From the NCBI GenBank assembly GCA_038087875.1, contig CM075989.1, positions 23,624,001 through 23,688,000 of the forward strand: 64,000 nucleotides of DNA, given 5' to 3'. The notes beneath the pieces are model-generated. The model worked only from the letters and a program-made list of their open reading frames with translations, had not been told where the DNA came from and did no database searches. Both the position numbers and the translations under genes were made by a program. The first letter of the stretch is position 1. Each line of letters begins with the position of its first letter. Positions 22,605 through 33,850 of this stretch are shown piece by piece. This DNA comes from Malacoraja senta. Its lineage: Eukaryota.

Positions 22605-24806
22605 TATAACCATAACAGCACGGAAACAGGCCATCTCGGCCCTTCAAGTCCGTGCCGAACGCTTTTTTTTATTTTATTTTTTATTTTAAAAAATTGTTTT
22701 TACTTCCCCCTAGTCCCATCTACCTGCACTCAGACCATAACCCTCCATTCCTTTCCCGTCCATATACCCATCCAATCTATTTTTAAAGGATAACATCGAA
22801 CCTGCCTCCACCACTTCCACTGGAAGCTCATTCCACACAGCTACCACTCTCTGAGTAAAGAAGTTCCCCCTAATGTTACCCCTAAACTTCTGTCCCTTAA
22901 TTCTCAAGTCATGTCCCCTTGTTTGAATCTTCCCTACTCTCAATGGGAAAAGCTTACCCACGTCAACTCTGTCTAACCCGCTCATAATTTTAAAGACCTC
23001 TATCAAGTCCCCTCTTAACCTTCTGCGCTCCAAAGAATAAAGAGCTAACTTGTTCAACCTTTCTCTGTAACTTAGTTGCTGAAACCCAGGCAACATTCTA
23101 GTAAATCTCCTCTGTACTCTCTCTAATTTGTTGACATCCTTCCTATAATTAGGCGACCAAAATTGTACTCCATACTCCAGAATTGGCCTCACCAATGCCG
23201 TGTACAATTTTAACATTACATCCCAACTTCTATATTCAATGCTCTGATTTATAAAGGCCAGCACACCAAAAGCTTTCTTTACCACCCTATCTACACGAGA
23301 TTCCACCTTCAGGGAACTATGCACAGTTATTCCTAGATCCTTCTGTTCAACTGCATTCCTCAATTCGCTACCATTTACCATGTACGTCCTATTTTGACTT
23401 GTCCTGCCGAGATGTAGCACCTCACATTTGTCAGCATTAAACTCCATCTGCCATCTTTCAGCCCACTCTTCCAAATGGCCTAAATCTCTCAGTAGACTTT
23501 GAAAATCTACTTCATTATCCACAACACCACCTATCTTAGTATCATCTGCATACTTACTAATCCAATTTTCCACACCATCATCCAGATCATTGATGTACAT
23601 GACAAACAACAGTGGACCCAACACAGACCCCTGAGGCACCCCACTAGTCACCAGCCTCCAACCTGACAAACAGCCATCCACCATTACTCTCTGGCATCTC
23701 CCATTCAGCCACTGTTGAATCCATCTTGCTACTCCACCATTAATACCCAACAATTGAATCTTCTTAACCAACCTTCCATGAGGAACCTTGTCAAAGTCCT
23801 TACTGAAGTCCATATAGACAACATCCACTGCTTTACCCTCATCAATTTCCCTAGTAACCTCTTCGAAAAATTCAAGAAGATTAGTCAAGCATGACCTTCC
23901 AGGCACAAATCCATGTTGACTGTTCCTAATCAGACCCTGCTTATCCAGATGCTTATATATATTATCTTTAAGTATCCTTTCCATTAATTTGCCCACCACT
24001 GACATCAAACTAACAGGTCTATAATTGCTAGGTTTACTCTTAGAACCCTTTTTAAACAACGGAACAACATGCGCAGTACGCCAATCCTCCGGCACTATTC
24101 CTGTTTCTAATGACATTTGAAATATTTCTGTCATAGCCCCTGCTATTTCTACCCTAACTTCCCTCAATGTCCTAGGGAATATCCTGTCAGGACCTGGAGA
24201 CTTATCCGTTTTCATATTTTTCAAAAGTGTCCGCACCTCCTCTTCTTTGAATCTCACAGTTTCCATTGCTACTCTGCTTGTTTCCCTTACCTCACATAAT
24301 TCCATATCCTTCTCCTTGGTGAATACCGAAGAAAATAAATTGTTCAATATCTCCCCCATCTCTTTTGGCCCTGCAGATAGCTGTCCACTCTGACTCTCTA
24401 ATGGACCAATTTTATTCCTTGTTATCCTTTTGCTATTAATATAGCTGTAGAAACCCTTTGGATTTACTTTCACCTTACTTGCCAAAGCAACCTCATATCT
24501 TCTTTTAGCTTTTCTAATTTCTTTCTTAATATTCTTTTTACATTCTTTATACTCCTCAAGCACCTCATTTACTCCATGCTGCCTATAATTATTGTAGATC
24601 TCTCTCTTTTTCCGAACCAAGTGTCCAATTTCCCTTGAAAACCATGGCTCTTTCCATTTTTTACTATTTCCTTTCATCCGAACAGGGACATAAAGATTCT
24701 GTACTCTTAAAATGTCACCCTTAAATGTCCTCCATTTCTCTTCTACATCCTTCCCATAAAACAACATGTCCCAATTCACTCCTTTTAAATCCTTTCGCAT
24801 CTCCTC
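22605..24806 (-). mobile_element. CR1-clade LINE, 5'-truncated, young (696-aa open ORF2 fragment)
   Basis: ORF 22710..24800 with NYRPVSL, QHGF, GVPQGSVLGP and YADD. Endonuclease is absent. Its 3' tail gggccgagatggcctgtttccgtgctgt is shared with the SINEs. Confidence 0.96.
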
Positions 24807-24904
24807 GCATCACCAACAGTGTGTTACAAACTTTATTTCTAGAGCTAATTCTCTCGCATAGAAAGAATATGTGTTTGGCCGGCTATATGGGATCAAGGTG
24901 GAGA

Positions 24905-25462
24905 AGTATAGAAGTGGGAGGTCATGTTGCAGTTATAAAAGATGTTGGTGAGGCCACATTTAGAGTATTGTGTTCAGTTCTGGACACCATGTTATAGTAA
25001 AGATGTTGTAAAGTTGGAAATGGTACAGAGAAGATTTACAAGAATGTTGCCAGGACATCCTGAGGGCGTGAGCTATAGGGAGAGGTTGAGTAGGCTGGGA
25101 CTCTATTCCTTGGAGCTCAGGACGATGAGGGATGATCTTATGGAAGTGTATAAAATCATGAGGGGAATAAATTGGGTAGACGCACAGGGGAGTATATCGG
25201 GTAGTCTCTCTCCCAGAGGTGAAGGGGAAAGATTTTATAGCAATCTGAGGGGTAACTTTTTCACACAAAGGGTTGTGGATGTATGGAACGAGCTGCCAGA
25301 GGAGATAGCTGAGGCAGGGACTATTGCAACATTTAAGAAGCAATTAGACAGGTACATGGATAGGACAGGATATTGGCAAATGCAAGCAACTGGGACTAGA
25401 TGGGGCATGTTGGTTATTGTGGGCAAGCTGGGCCAAAGGGCCTGTTTCCACACTCTATGACT
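24905..25462 (+). mobile_element. CR1 LINE 3' fragment
   Basis: LVRPHLEYCVQFW...QRRFTRMLPG...GNFFTQRVV followed by a gggcctgtttcc tail. Confidence 0.9.
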
Positions 25463-25609
25463 CATTGACTAACTTTAGTTTCTTGGTTAACTCTTCCATC
25501 TTACTAGTTCCAGTTTACTCCTCATCAATGGGCACCCTCTCAGCTCAAACAGCATCCTCTGCTGTGTTGTGGGTGGTGCCAACCAAATGCAAACACAACA
25601 TGAAAGAAC

Positions 25610-26150
25610 TTCCAACTTCTACAGATGCGCCGTAGTAAGCGTTTTATCGGGATGCATCACGGCTTGGTTTGGGAACAGCTCCATCCAAGACAGCAAGACA
25701 CCGCAGCGAATTGTGGACGCAGCCCAGACCATCACACAAAGCAACCTCCCTTCCATTGACTCCATCTACATTTCACGCTGCCTCGGCAAGGCCAGCAGCA
25801 TAATCAAGGACCAGTCTCACCCCGGTCACTCCCTCTTCTCCCCTCTGTGTGAAAGTGTGAAAACCCACACCTCCAGATTCAGGGACAGTTTCTTCCCAGC
25901 TGTTATCAGACAACTGAACCGTCCTATCACCAACTAGGGGGCAGTCCTGACATCCCATTTACCTCATTGGCGACCTTCTAACTATCTTTACTCTGACTTT
26001 ATCTTGCACTACATGTTATACCCTTTCTCCTGTATCAGTACACTGTGAACAGCTCGATTGTAATCATGTATTGTCTATACACTGCCTGGATAGCACACAA
26101 CAAAAAGCTTTTGACTGTTCCTCAGTACATGACTATAATAAACTAAACTA
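25610..26150 (+). mobile_element. Rex1/Babar-like LINE 3' fragment
   Basis: NFYRCAVVSVLSGCITAWFGN...RCLGKASSIIKDQSHPGHSLFSPL...TSRFRDSFFPAVIRQLN, then a 3' UTR ending ataaactaaact. The same 3' UTR is scattered at about 330, 7300, 33860, 35400 and 40560. Confidence 0.8.
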
Positions 26151-26709
26151 GATGTGAGGAGGAACACAGGAAATATGATCCCATAAAACCTACAACCACA
26201 CACATCCAAACTCTCCTGCCATATGGTTATGATGTTACAAATAATGTTATTTCATAAGAACATAAATATTAGACGTACAGAATAAAATATTATTGTTATG
26301 CTGAATTTTCTCTGAAAACGGTGTATTATCATCAGTAAACAGTTCGATGAATCAATCAGAGTTTAAACGCTCTGGGCAGCACTTCAGCAGTTGATGTCAC
26401 TCAGTATTTAATTGCCTGTAATTTTTTACATTTAGGATCAACTATCTGTTTTTTCTTTGCTCTAATTTGAAAGGAAGTGTGCTTGTTTTATGTACGAATG
26501 ATCTATTATCTGTTCACACGCATATTTCTTTGCATCTGGGTCTGGTTTACTTTGCAGAAAGAAACTGGTCTAGGTTTACCTGTAGTTGAGTACCTGGCTT
26601 GATGGGCAGAAGATTCAGAAGCATCGATATCATTCGTAAACTCAAATGGAAGTTGCAGTCTTGGATCAAACCTTCAGGGTTGTCCCAACCCGCAACATCA
26701 TTTAGCGGC

Positions 26710-27034
26710 ATGGTTGCTGCCTCACTGCGCCAGAGATCTTGGTTCGATCCTGACTACTGGTGCTGTCTGTACGGAGTTTGTATGTCCTCCCCGTAACCTC
26801 GTCGGTTTTCTCCAGGTGCTCGGTTTCCTCCCACATTCCAAAGACGTGCAGGTTTCTAGGTTAATTGGCTTGGTTAAATTGTCTCTAGTGTGTGTAGGAT
26901 AGTGTCATAGTGTGTGTAGGATAGTGTCATAGTGTGTGTAGGATAGTGTCAGTGTATGGGGATCGCTGGTCGGTGCGGACTCGGTTTGGCCAAAGGGCCC
27001 GTTTCCGTGCTGTATCTCTAAACTAAACTAAACT
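26710..27034 (+). mobile_element. V-SINE with an internal 22-bp triplication (agtgtgtgtaggatagtgtcat x3, about 26888-26950)
   Basis: B box, V-domain and tail present. The tandem unit is directly visible. Confidence 0.8.
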
Positions 27035-27674
27035 ATCCATGTTCTTTAGAGATGCTGCCTGACCCGCTGAGTTATTCCAGTACTTTGTGTCTATCTTTGG
27101 TATAAACCAGCATCTGTAGTTCTTTGTTTTTACATGGTTGTCCAGTCAGGTGGTTGCAAAATGCAATGTTGTACATAGGCATGCATCTAAAACACGACAC
27201 CCATGCAAATACAGTCAAACGTGCATTGACATGCACTCAAACGCAGGCATGCACATGCTCACCACCTGCAGCATAATCTCACTGAGCTACAGCCACAGAG
27301 TCATACAGTGTGGAAACACATTCTTCGGCCTAACCTGCCCATACCGACCTACCTGTACTGTATCTGAGAACTTGTACTGTATCTGAGATGCTTATCTAAG
27401 ATGTATCTAAATGCTTATGTACAGTGATACTTGTACGGAACTGTATACAAAAATGAATTTCATTTTTGACAAATAAAGTACCATACCAACATGCCCCACC
27501 TACACTAGTCCCACCTGCCTGAGTTTGGCCCATATCCCTATAAACCTGCCCTATCCATGTACCTGTCTAAATGTTTCTTGACATTGCATTTAATTGGTAT
27601 ACTTACCCAATCATGGAACCTCACATTCACACTCACCACTCTCAGCCCAGTTCCCCAACCACCTACTTTCAATA

Positions 27675-27820
27675 GGTAGACAAAATTCTGGAGAAACTCA
27701 GCGGGTGAGGCAGCATCTATGGAATGAAGGAATAGGTGACGTTTCGGGTCATCACCCGCTGAGTTTCTCCAGCATTTTTGTCTACCTTCGATTTTTACAG
27801 CTTTAGCAGTTCTTTCTTAA
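27675..27820. mobile_element. Fold-back Penelope-like terminal-repeat insertion
   Basis: Inverted arms flanked by the 14-bp direct repeat acctactttcaata at 27661-27674 and 27821-27834. Confidence 0.75.
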
Positions 27821-28591
27821 ACCTACTTTCAATACTTTCAATAGTTCACTTCTCTTTTGTTTGCAGTCCCATCCAGTTTTTTAAACAAATATCTCATACA
27901 ACACACAATTCCTTCCCAGAAACCAATTGCTCATTGATGCAAGCAATTTGTAATAACAATAAATCTTTGGCACAGTTTGTTAAATACTAATGTCCAAATA
28001 TATTGAATTAAAAATTAAAGATATTTTAAATAATTTCCAGATGGGAAATTACTTTACAAAACTAGATCAGAAACTAAGAAATCAATACCATATTTATGTC
28101 ACTTTTTCACTTATTTATTCTACAATATAAAATGATTTGAAACTCTTCTGGAAGTTTTTTTATTTAAATTATAAGCTTGACAGAAAACAGGTGAAGGCCT
28201 TTCTCCACTAAGACTATGCTAATAATATGAAGGTGCCTCAAACATTAGACAGACTCACGTTCTAATCAAGAGGGATAAAACATCCATAATTGACACTGAT
28301 TTGAGAGAATAAGTCACTAGAAAAATATTCTGAATTTATTAAAAGCCTTGCAACATTTTTAAAAATCACCCCAATATTCCAATAAAGAGTTCCATGTCAC
28401 TCAGCACATGTAATGCCACACTAGATGTTGCCACTTCATTAGACCGAATGATAAAGGTATCTGAATTCCTCAACTAAGTATCATTGGCCTGAAATTTGTG
28501 GACGTAGGTTTACACTTTTAAACCTGCCGCTTATTGTTTTCTGTTGAGGGATGCGGTCACCTCTGGCCAGAGTGGTCTACATTGTCCACAC

Positions 28592-28791
28592 NNNNNNNNN
28601 NNNNNNNNNNNNNNNNNNNNNNNNNNNNNNNNNNNNNNNNNNNNNNNNNNNNNNNNNNNNNNNNNNNNNNNNNNNNNNNNNNNNNNNNNNNNNNNNNNNN
28701 NNNNNNNNNNNNNNNNNNNNNNNNNNNNNNNNNNNNNNNNNNNNNNNNNNNNNNNNNNNNNNNNNNNNNNNNNNNNNNNNNNNNNNNNNNN
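28592..28791. other. Assembly gap (200 N)
   Basis: Run of exactly 200 N, typical of a fixed-size scaffold join. Confidence 0.99.
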
Positions 28792-29146
28792 TAATCGGGA
28801 AATATAGCCACATGGTGTGTTTTCCCCCAACAGGTGGGGATTCAGATCCTGAAATCAATTTGTTAATTATTAAAAAAACACAAGAAAAAAACGAAGGGGA
28901 TAATTAGTAGTAATTCTAGACTTTTAAATATTTGCCATTTTCCTATCTAGCTGTGCAGAAATGTAACGTACAGTGCTGCCGTTAACTGTCTGCTTTGGGC
29001 TGCTCCCTCAGGGAGTAAAAAGCCTTTCATTACAATCTTTGGCTTGGTATTACTGATGGCTCAGGAGCCACAAGCCTACAGGTGTTCCAGCTCTGGGAGT
29101 GCAGAGGGAAATAAGGGACGGAAATGTTTTAAAATTTATATTTTAT

Positions 29147-29428
29147 TAGAGATACAATTGTAGACCCACCATGTCCGCACCGACCAGCGATCCCCGCACA
29201 TTCACACTATCCTACACACACTGGGGACAATTTACATTTATACCAAACCAATTAACCTACAAACCTGCACGTCTTTGGAGTGTGGGAGGAAACTGGATCA
29301 CCCGGAGAAAACCCACGCGGTCACGGGGTCAACATACAAACTCCGTACAGACAGCACCCGTAGTCAGGATCGAACCCGGGTCTCTGGCGCTGTGAGGCAG
29401 CAACTCTACCGCTGCGCCACCGTGCCGT
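29147..29428 (-). mobile_element. V-SINE (HE1-like)
   Basis: Reverse complement of the same family. Confidence 0.8.
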
Positions 29429-29852
29429 AAGTATTTACAGTAATGCCCCAACTCCAGGCTAGTATCCCTCACACGACAACATTGTTCAGAGTGAGTTTCA
29501 TGTTATTCTAACTGAATCAAATAGGCATTTGGAATGAATGAGTGGAAAAGCATGTTGGAGACACAATAATAGTTGGATCTAAGTTCATTGATTTGTGCTG
29601 AGATTGGCAGGAACCTTGTCATTCTGAGGAAGAGAGTAGACATTGGTTCTCAAGATGACTCTTGCATAATTTCTCCAGACTACATAATTGATATTTTGTA
29701 TATCATGTAAAAAACAGCCCAGTCTCAGAATAATTCCCATTGTCTAATAAGTGAATTATCATAACCATGATATGATAGCCATGACCATCTCAAGAGACAT
29801 TTAGTTATCCAGACAGCAGTTAAATTGTCCAGGTTGCTACCATCAAAAGTCG

Positions 29853-30388
29853 TTTAGTTCAGTTTAGTTTAGTTCAGAGATACACCGCGGAACAGGCCCT
29901 TCGGCCCACCGAGTCCGCACCGACCAGCGATCCCCATAAATTAACACTACCCTACACACGCTCGGAACGATTTTACATTTGTACCAATTAACCAACAAAC
30001 ATGAATGCTGGAGGAACTCAGCGGGTGAGGCAGCATCTATGGAGCGAAGGAAATAGGCAACGTTTCGGGTCGAAACCCTTCTTCTGATGTTTCAACCCGA
30101 AACGTTGCCTATTTCCTTCGCTCCATAGATGCTGCCTCACCCACTGAGTTTCTCCAGCATTTTTGTCTACCTTCGATTTTCCAGCATCTGCAGTTCCTTC
30201 TTAAACAACCTACAAACATGTATGTCTTTGGAGTGTGGGAGGAAACTAAAGATCTCTGAGACAACCCACGAGGTCGCGGGGTGAACGTATATAGTCCATA
30301 CAGACAGCACCTGTAATCAGGATCAAACACGGATGTTTGGCGCTGCAAGCGCTGTAAGGCAGCACTCTACCACTGTGCCACCGTGCCG
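29853..30388 (-). mobile_element. V-SINE interrupted by a fold-back Penelope-like insertion
   Basis: SINE halves lie on either side of 30005-30206. Confidence 0.75.
30005..30206. mobile_element. Fold-back Penelope-like terminal-repeat insertion inside a V-SINE
   Basis: About 65-bp inverted arms flanked by imperfect direct repeats aaccaacaaacatgaatg and aacctacaaacatgtatg. Confidence 0.75.
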
Positions 30389-30389
30389 C

Positions 30390-31160
30390 AGTTACGTTTG
30401 TCGATGGGGGGAAGTTTGTAGCCAACAACCTTCTCAGCTGATCGAACGATGCGCTGCAGCCTCCGGATGTCATGCTTGGTGGCTGAGCCAAACCAGACCA
30501 TGATGGAGAAGGTGAGGACAGACTCTACGATGGCAGATTAAAACTGGACCATCATTGCCTGTCGCAGATTGTGTTTTCTCAGCTGCCGCAGGAAGTAAAC
30601 ATAGAAACATAGAAAATAGGTGCAGGAGTAGGCCATTCGGCCCTTCGAGCCTGCACCGCCATTCAATATGATCATGGCTGATCATCCAACTCAGTATCCT
30701 GTACCTGCCTTCTCTCCACACCCCCTGATCCCTTTAGCCACAAGGGCCACATCTAACTCCCTCTTAAATATAGCCAATGAACTGGCCTCAACTACCCTCT
30801 GTGGCAGAGAATTCCACAGATTGTACATCCTCTGTTGTGCCTTTTTGACTGATGGCAGCCCCCCACTTAAGGTCCTTGGAGATGATGGTTCCAAGGAACT
30901 TAAATGACTCCACAGATGTGTCTGTGATGTTGTTGATGGTGATTGGGGGAGGGGAAGGGGAGCTCTCCTAAAGTCTACAATGAATTCCACTGTCTTAGGC
31001 GCATTGAGCTCCAGTTTGCTGGCGATAGTCCAAGGGTTATCAAAGAGGTAGATAGATCAGCACTGCTCTCTGGTTAATGGCTCAGTTGCCTGATAACAGC
31101 TGGGAAGAAACTCTCCCTGAATACTGGTGGTATGCGTTTTCACACCTTTTGCCTGATGGG
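30390..31160 (-). mobile_element. Rex1/Babar-like LINE fragments interrupted by a CR1 3' end (about 30598-30822)
   Basis: The minus strand reads AIVESVLTFSIMVWFGSATKHDIRRLQRIVRSAEKVVG and EFIVDFRR...VKKAQQRMY. The inserted CR1 tail is nearly identical to 8200-8410. Confidence 0.75.
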
Positions 31161-31869
31161 ATAGGAAGGAATTGCAGAGGCTAGTTTATACTAAAGATAG
31201 ACAAATAATGCTGGGGTAACTCAGCAGATCAGGCAGCACCTCTGGAGAAAAGTGATAGGTGATGTTTTGGGTTGGAATCCTTCTTCAGACCTCTGCAGAC
31301 TTCTTCAGGTCAAGATGCCCCATCTACATGCCCCACTTGCCTGCCTGTGTCCGATATCCCTCTAATACTTTTCTATCCATGTACCTGTCCAAATCTCTAT
31401 TAAATGCTCTGTCAGCTCATTCTATACACCCACCATCCTCTGTAAACAAGTTGCTGGTCAGGTCATTATTAAATATTTCCCCTCTCCCCTTAAAACTATG
31501 TCCAGGATTTAAGAGAGAGTTAGATCGAGCTCTAGGGGCGAGTGGAATCAAGAGATATGGGGAGAAGGCAGGCACGGGTTAGTGATTGGGGACGATCAGC
31601 CATGATCACAATGAATCACAGTGTTGGCTCGATGGGCCAAATGGCCTCCTCCTGCACCTATTTTTTATGCTTCTATGTCCTTTGGTTCTTTCCCCTGCCC
31701 TGGGTAAAAGTGTGCATCTACCCAGTCTATTCTCCTCTTGATATTAGACATCTCTTTAAGGTCACCCCTCATCCTCTTGTGCTCCAAGGAACAAATTGCT
31801 CAGCCTCTTCCCATTAATCAGGCCCTCGAGTCCTGGCAACATCCTTGCGCATCTTCTCTGCACCCTTTT

Positions 31870-32038
31870 GTTTAAGAAGAAACTGCAGATGCTGGAAAAT
31901 CGAAGGTAGACAAAGTGCTGGAGAAACTCAGCAGGTGCAGCAGCATCTATGGAGCGAAGGAAATAGGCAACGTTTCGGGGCCGAAACGTTGCCTATTTCC
32001 TTCGCTCCATAGATGCTGCTGCACCCACTTTTGTCTAC
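31870..32038. mobile_element. Fold-back (inverted) Penelope-like terminal-repeat insertion inside a CR1 fragment
   Basis: About 45-bp perfect inverted arms around a gg spacer at about 31979. A 17-bp direct repeat cttctctgcaccctttt lies at 31853-31869 and 32039-32055. Confidence 0.8.
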
Positions 32039-32457
32039 CTTCTCTGCACCCTTTTCGGCTAGACAACATCTTTCCTGTAACAGGGTGACCATAACTGACC
32101 ACAAGCCACATTCATCCCCTGCTGCTGTTCAAAATGTAGATACAACAACCTGGAGCATGAATACATGAGGCATCGCTCCATAAATATCACAAAATCCATA
32201 TTTGGACATTGCCTGTGGGATCTAATCAAACTGCCCTGGAAGAAATATTGAACATGTACACCCCACTCCCAGCCACAATAACAATTTTTGAACATGACTC
32301 TTAAGGAATTTTCAGACTGACTGCACCATTTATTTGTTGGTTTTGTAGTCCAGGTCGATGGTCAGAACAGGGCCAAGTTAGAATAAATGTCCATTGTGTT
32401 AGTTTTGAAGAACATCTATGGCATGGTCCCTAATGCTTGTTAGTTTGAGAACATGGT

Positions 32458-32740
32458 GGGCGGCACGGTGGCGCAGCGGTAGAGTTGCTGCCTTACAGCG
32501 CCAGAGACCCGGGTTCAATCCCGACTACGGGTGCTGTCTGTACGGAGTTTGCACGTTCTCCCGTGACCTGCGTGGATTTTCTCTGTGATCTTCGGTTTCA
32601 TCCCACACTCCAAAGACGTACAGATATGTAGGTGAATTGGCTTGGTATAAATGTGGAGTTGTCCCTAATGTGTGTTAATGTGTAGGGATCGCTGGTCAGT
32701 GCAGACTCGGTGGGCTGAGGGCTATATCTCTAAACTAAAC
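32458..32740 (+). mobile_element. V-SINE (HE1-like)
   Basis: gtggcgcagcggtag A box, ggttcaatcc B box and V-domain. Confidence 0.8.
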
Positions 32741-32939
32741 ATCTATGGCATGGTCCTTAATCCTTGACATCATTTGGCCACACGGTGCGATCAGTCTGTC
32801 TGGAGACTCCTTTGTATCCAGAAATCAGCTCGATTATTTTGTTCTAATTGAGTGATACAATTATTAGGGGGTGATTCTCTGTGGACAGCTGTAAGGAGTG
32901 GATGAGAAAGTGGTCTAACATAGAACTAATGGGAATGGG

Positions 32940-33210
32940 TGGGAAGAACTGTCCCAAACAGGAGGTGTGCGTTTTCACACTTCTGTACCTCCAGCCTGAT
33001 GGGAGAGAGGAGAAGAGGGATTGACAACATCTTTCCGGTGAAACTGGTCCTTGATTATGCTGCTGGCCTTGCCAAGGCAGCATGAAGTGTAGATGGAGTC
33101 AATGGAAGAAAGGTTGGTTTGCCTGATGATCTGGGCTGCGTTCACAACTCAATTCCTGCAATTTGTTGAGGTCCTGGATGGAGCTGTTCCCAAACCAGGC
33201 TGTTTCCAAC
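32940..33210 (-). mobile_element. Rex1/Babar-like LINE fragment
   Basis: TAWFGNSSIQD motif and similarity to 25660-25900. Confidence 0.7.
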
Positions 33211-33572
33211 AGGACTTGCAACACCTGAGAACCACTGTGTGCTTTAACTTGGTCATTTGTTGTATATTGTTCATTTCCCTCCACACCTTCAGTGGAAGTG
33301 AAAACCTACATATTTCTCCTTGAAAATCGCTACTAATGAACACTGGAGTGCAAATCCTGCAGATGTCGGTTTTACTGCCTCCAGGCAAGTTTAAATCATG
33401 ATAATCACCAATTAGTCCCAAAAATTGCGGGCCAAAAAACAGATTTTGAAAGAGGCATATCTTATTAGCAAAGTACCAACTTAACACATTTCTTCCCTTT
33501 CACCAGAAGAGCTCAATGATATCTAAAACCAGAAGGAGGAACAATTATAACCACCCAGTGACCCCAACCCAT

Positions 33573-33850
33573 AGGTAGAGTTGCTGCCTCACAGCACCAG
33601 AGATCCGGGTTCGATCCTGACCACGGGTGCTGTCTGTACAGATTTTGTACGTTCTCCCTGTGACCGCGTGGGTTTTCTCCGGGTCCTCCCACACTCCAAA
33701 AATGTACAGATTTGTAAGTTAATTTTCTTTGGTTAAAAAGACATTGTAAACTGTCCCTAGTGTGTAGGATGGTGCCAGTGTTCGGGGGCCGCTGGTCGGC
33801 GTGGACTTGATGGGCTGAAGGGCCTGTTTCAGTACTGTATCACTAAACTA
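33573..33850 (+). mobile_element. V-SINE (HE1-like)
   Basis: Same family. Confidence 0.75.

Noticed and set aside
28531..28907. ORFs spanning the N run
   Set aside because: Artefacts of translating the gap.
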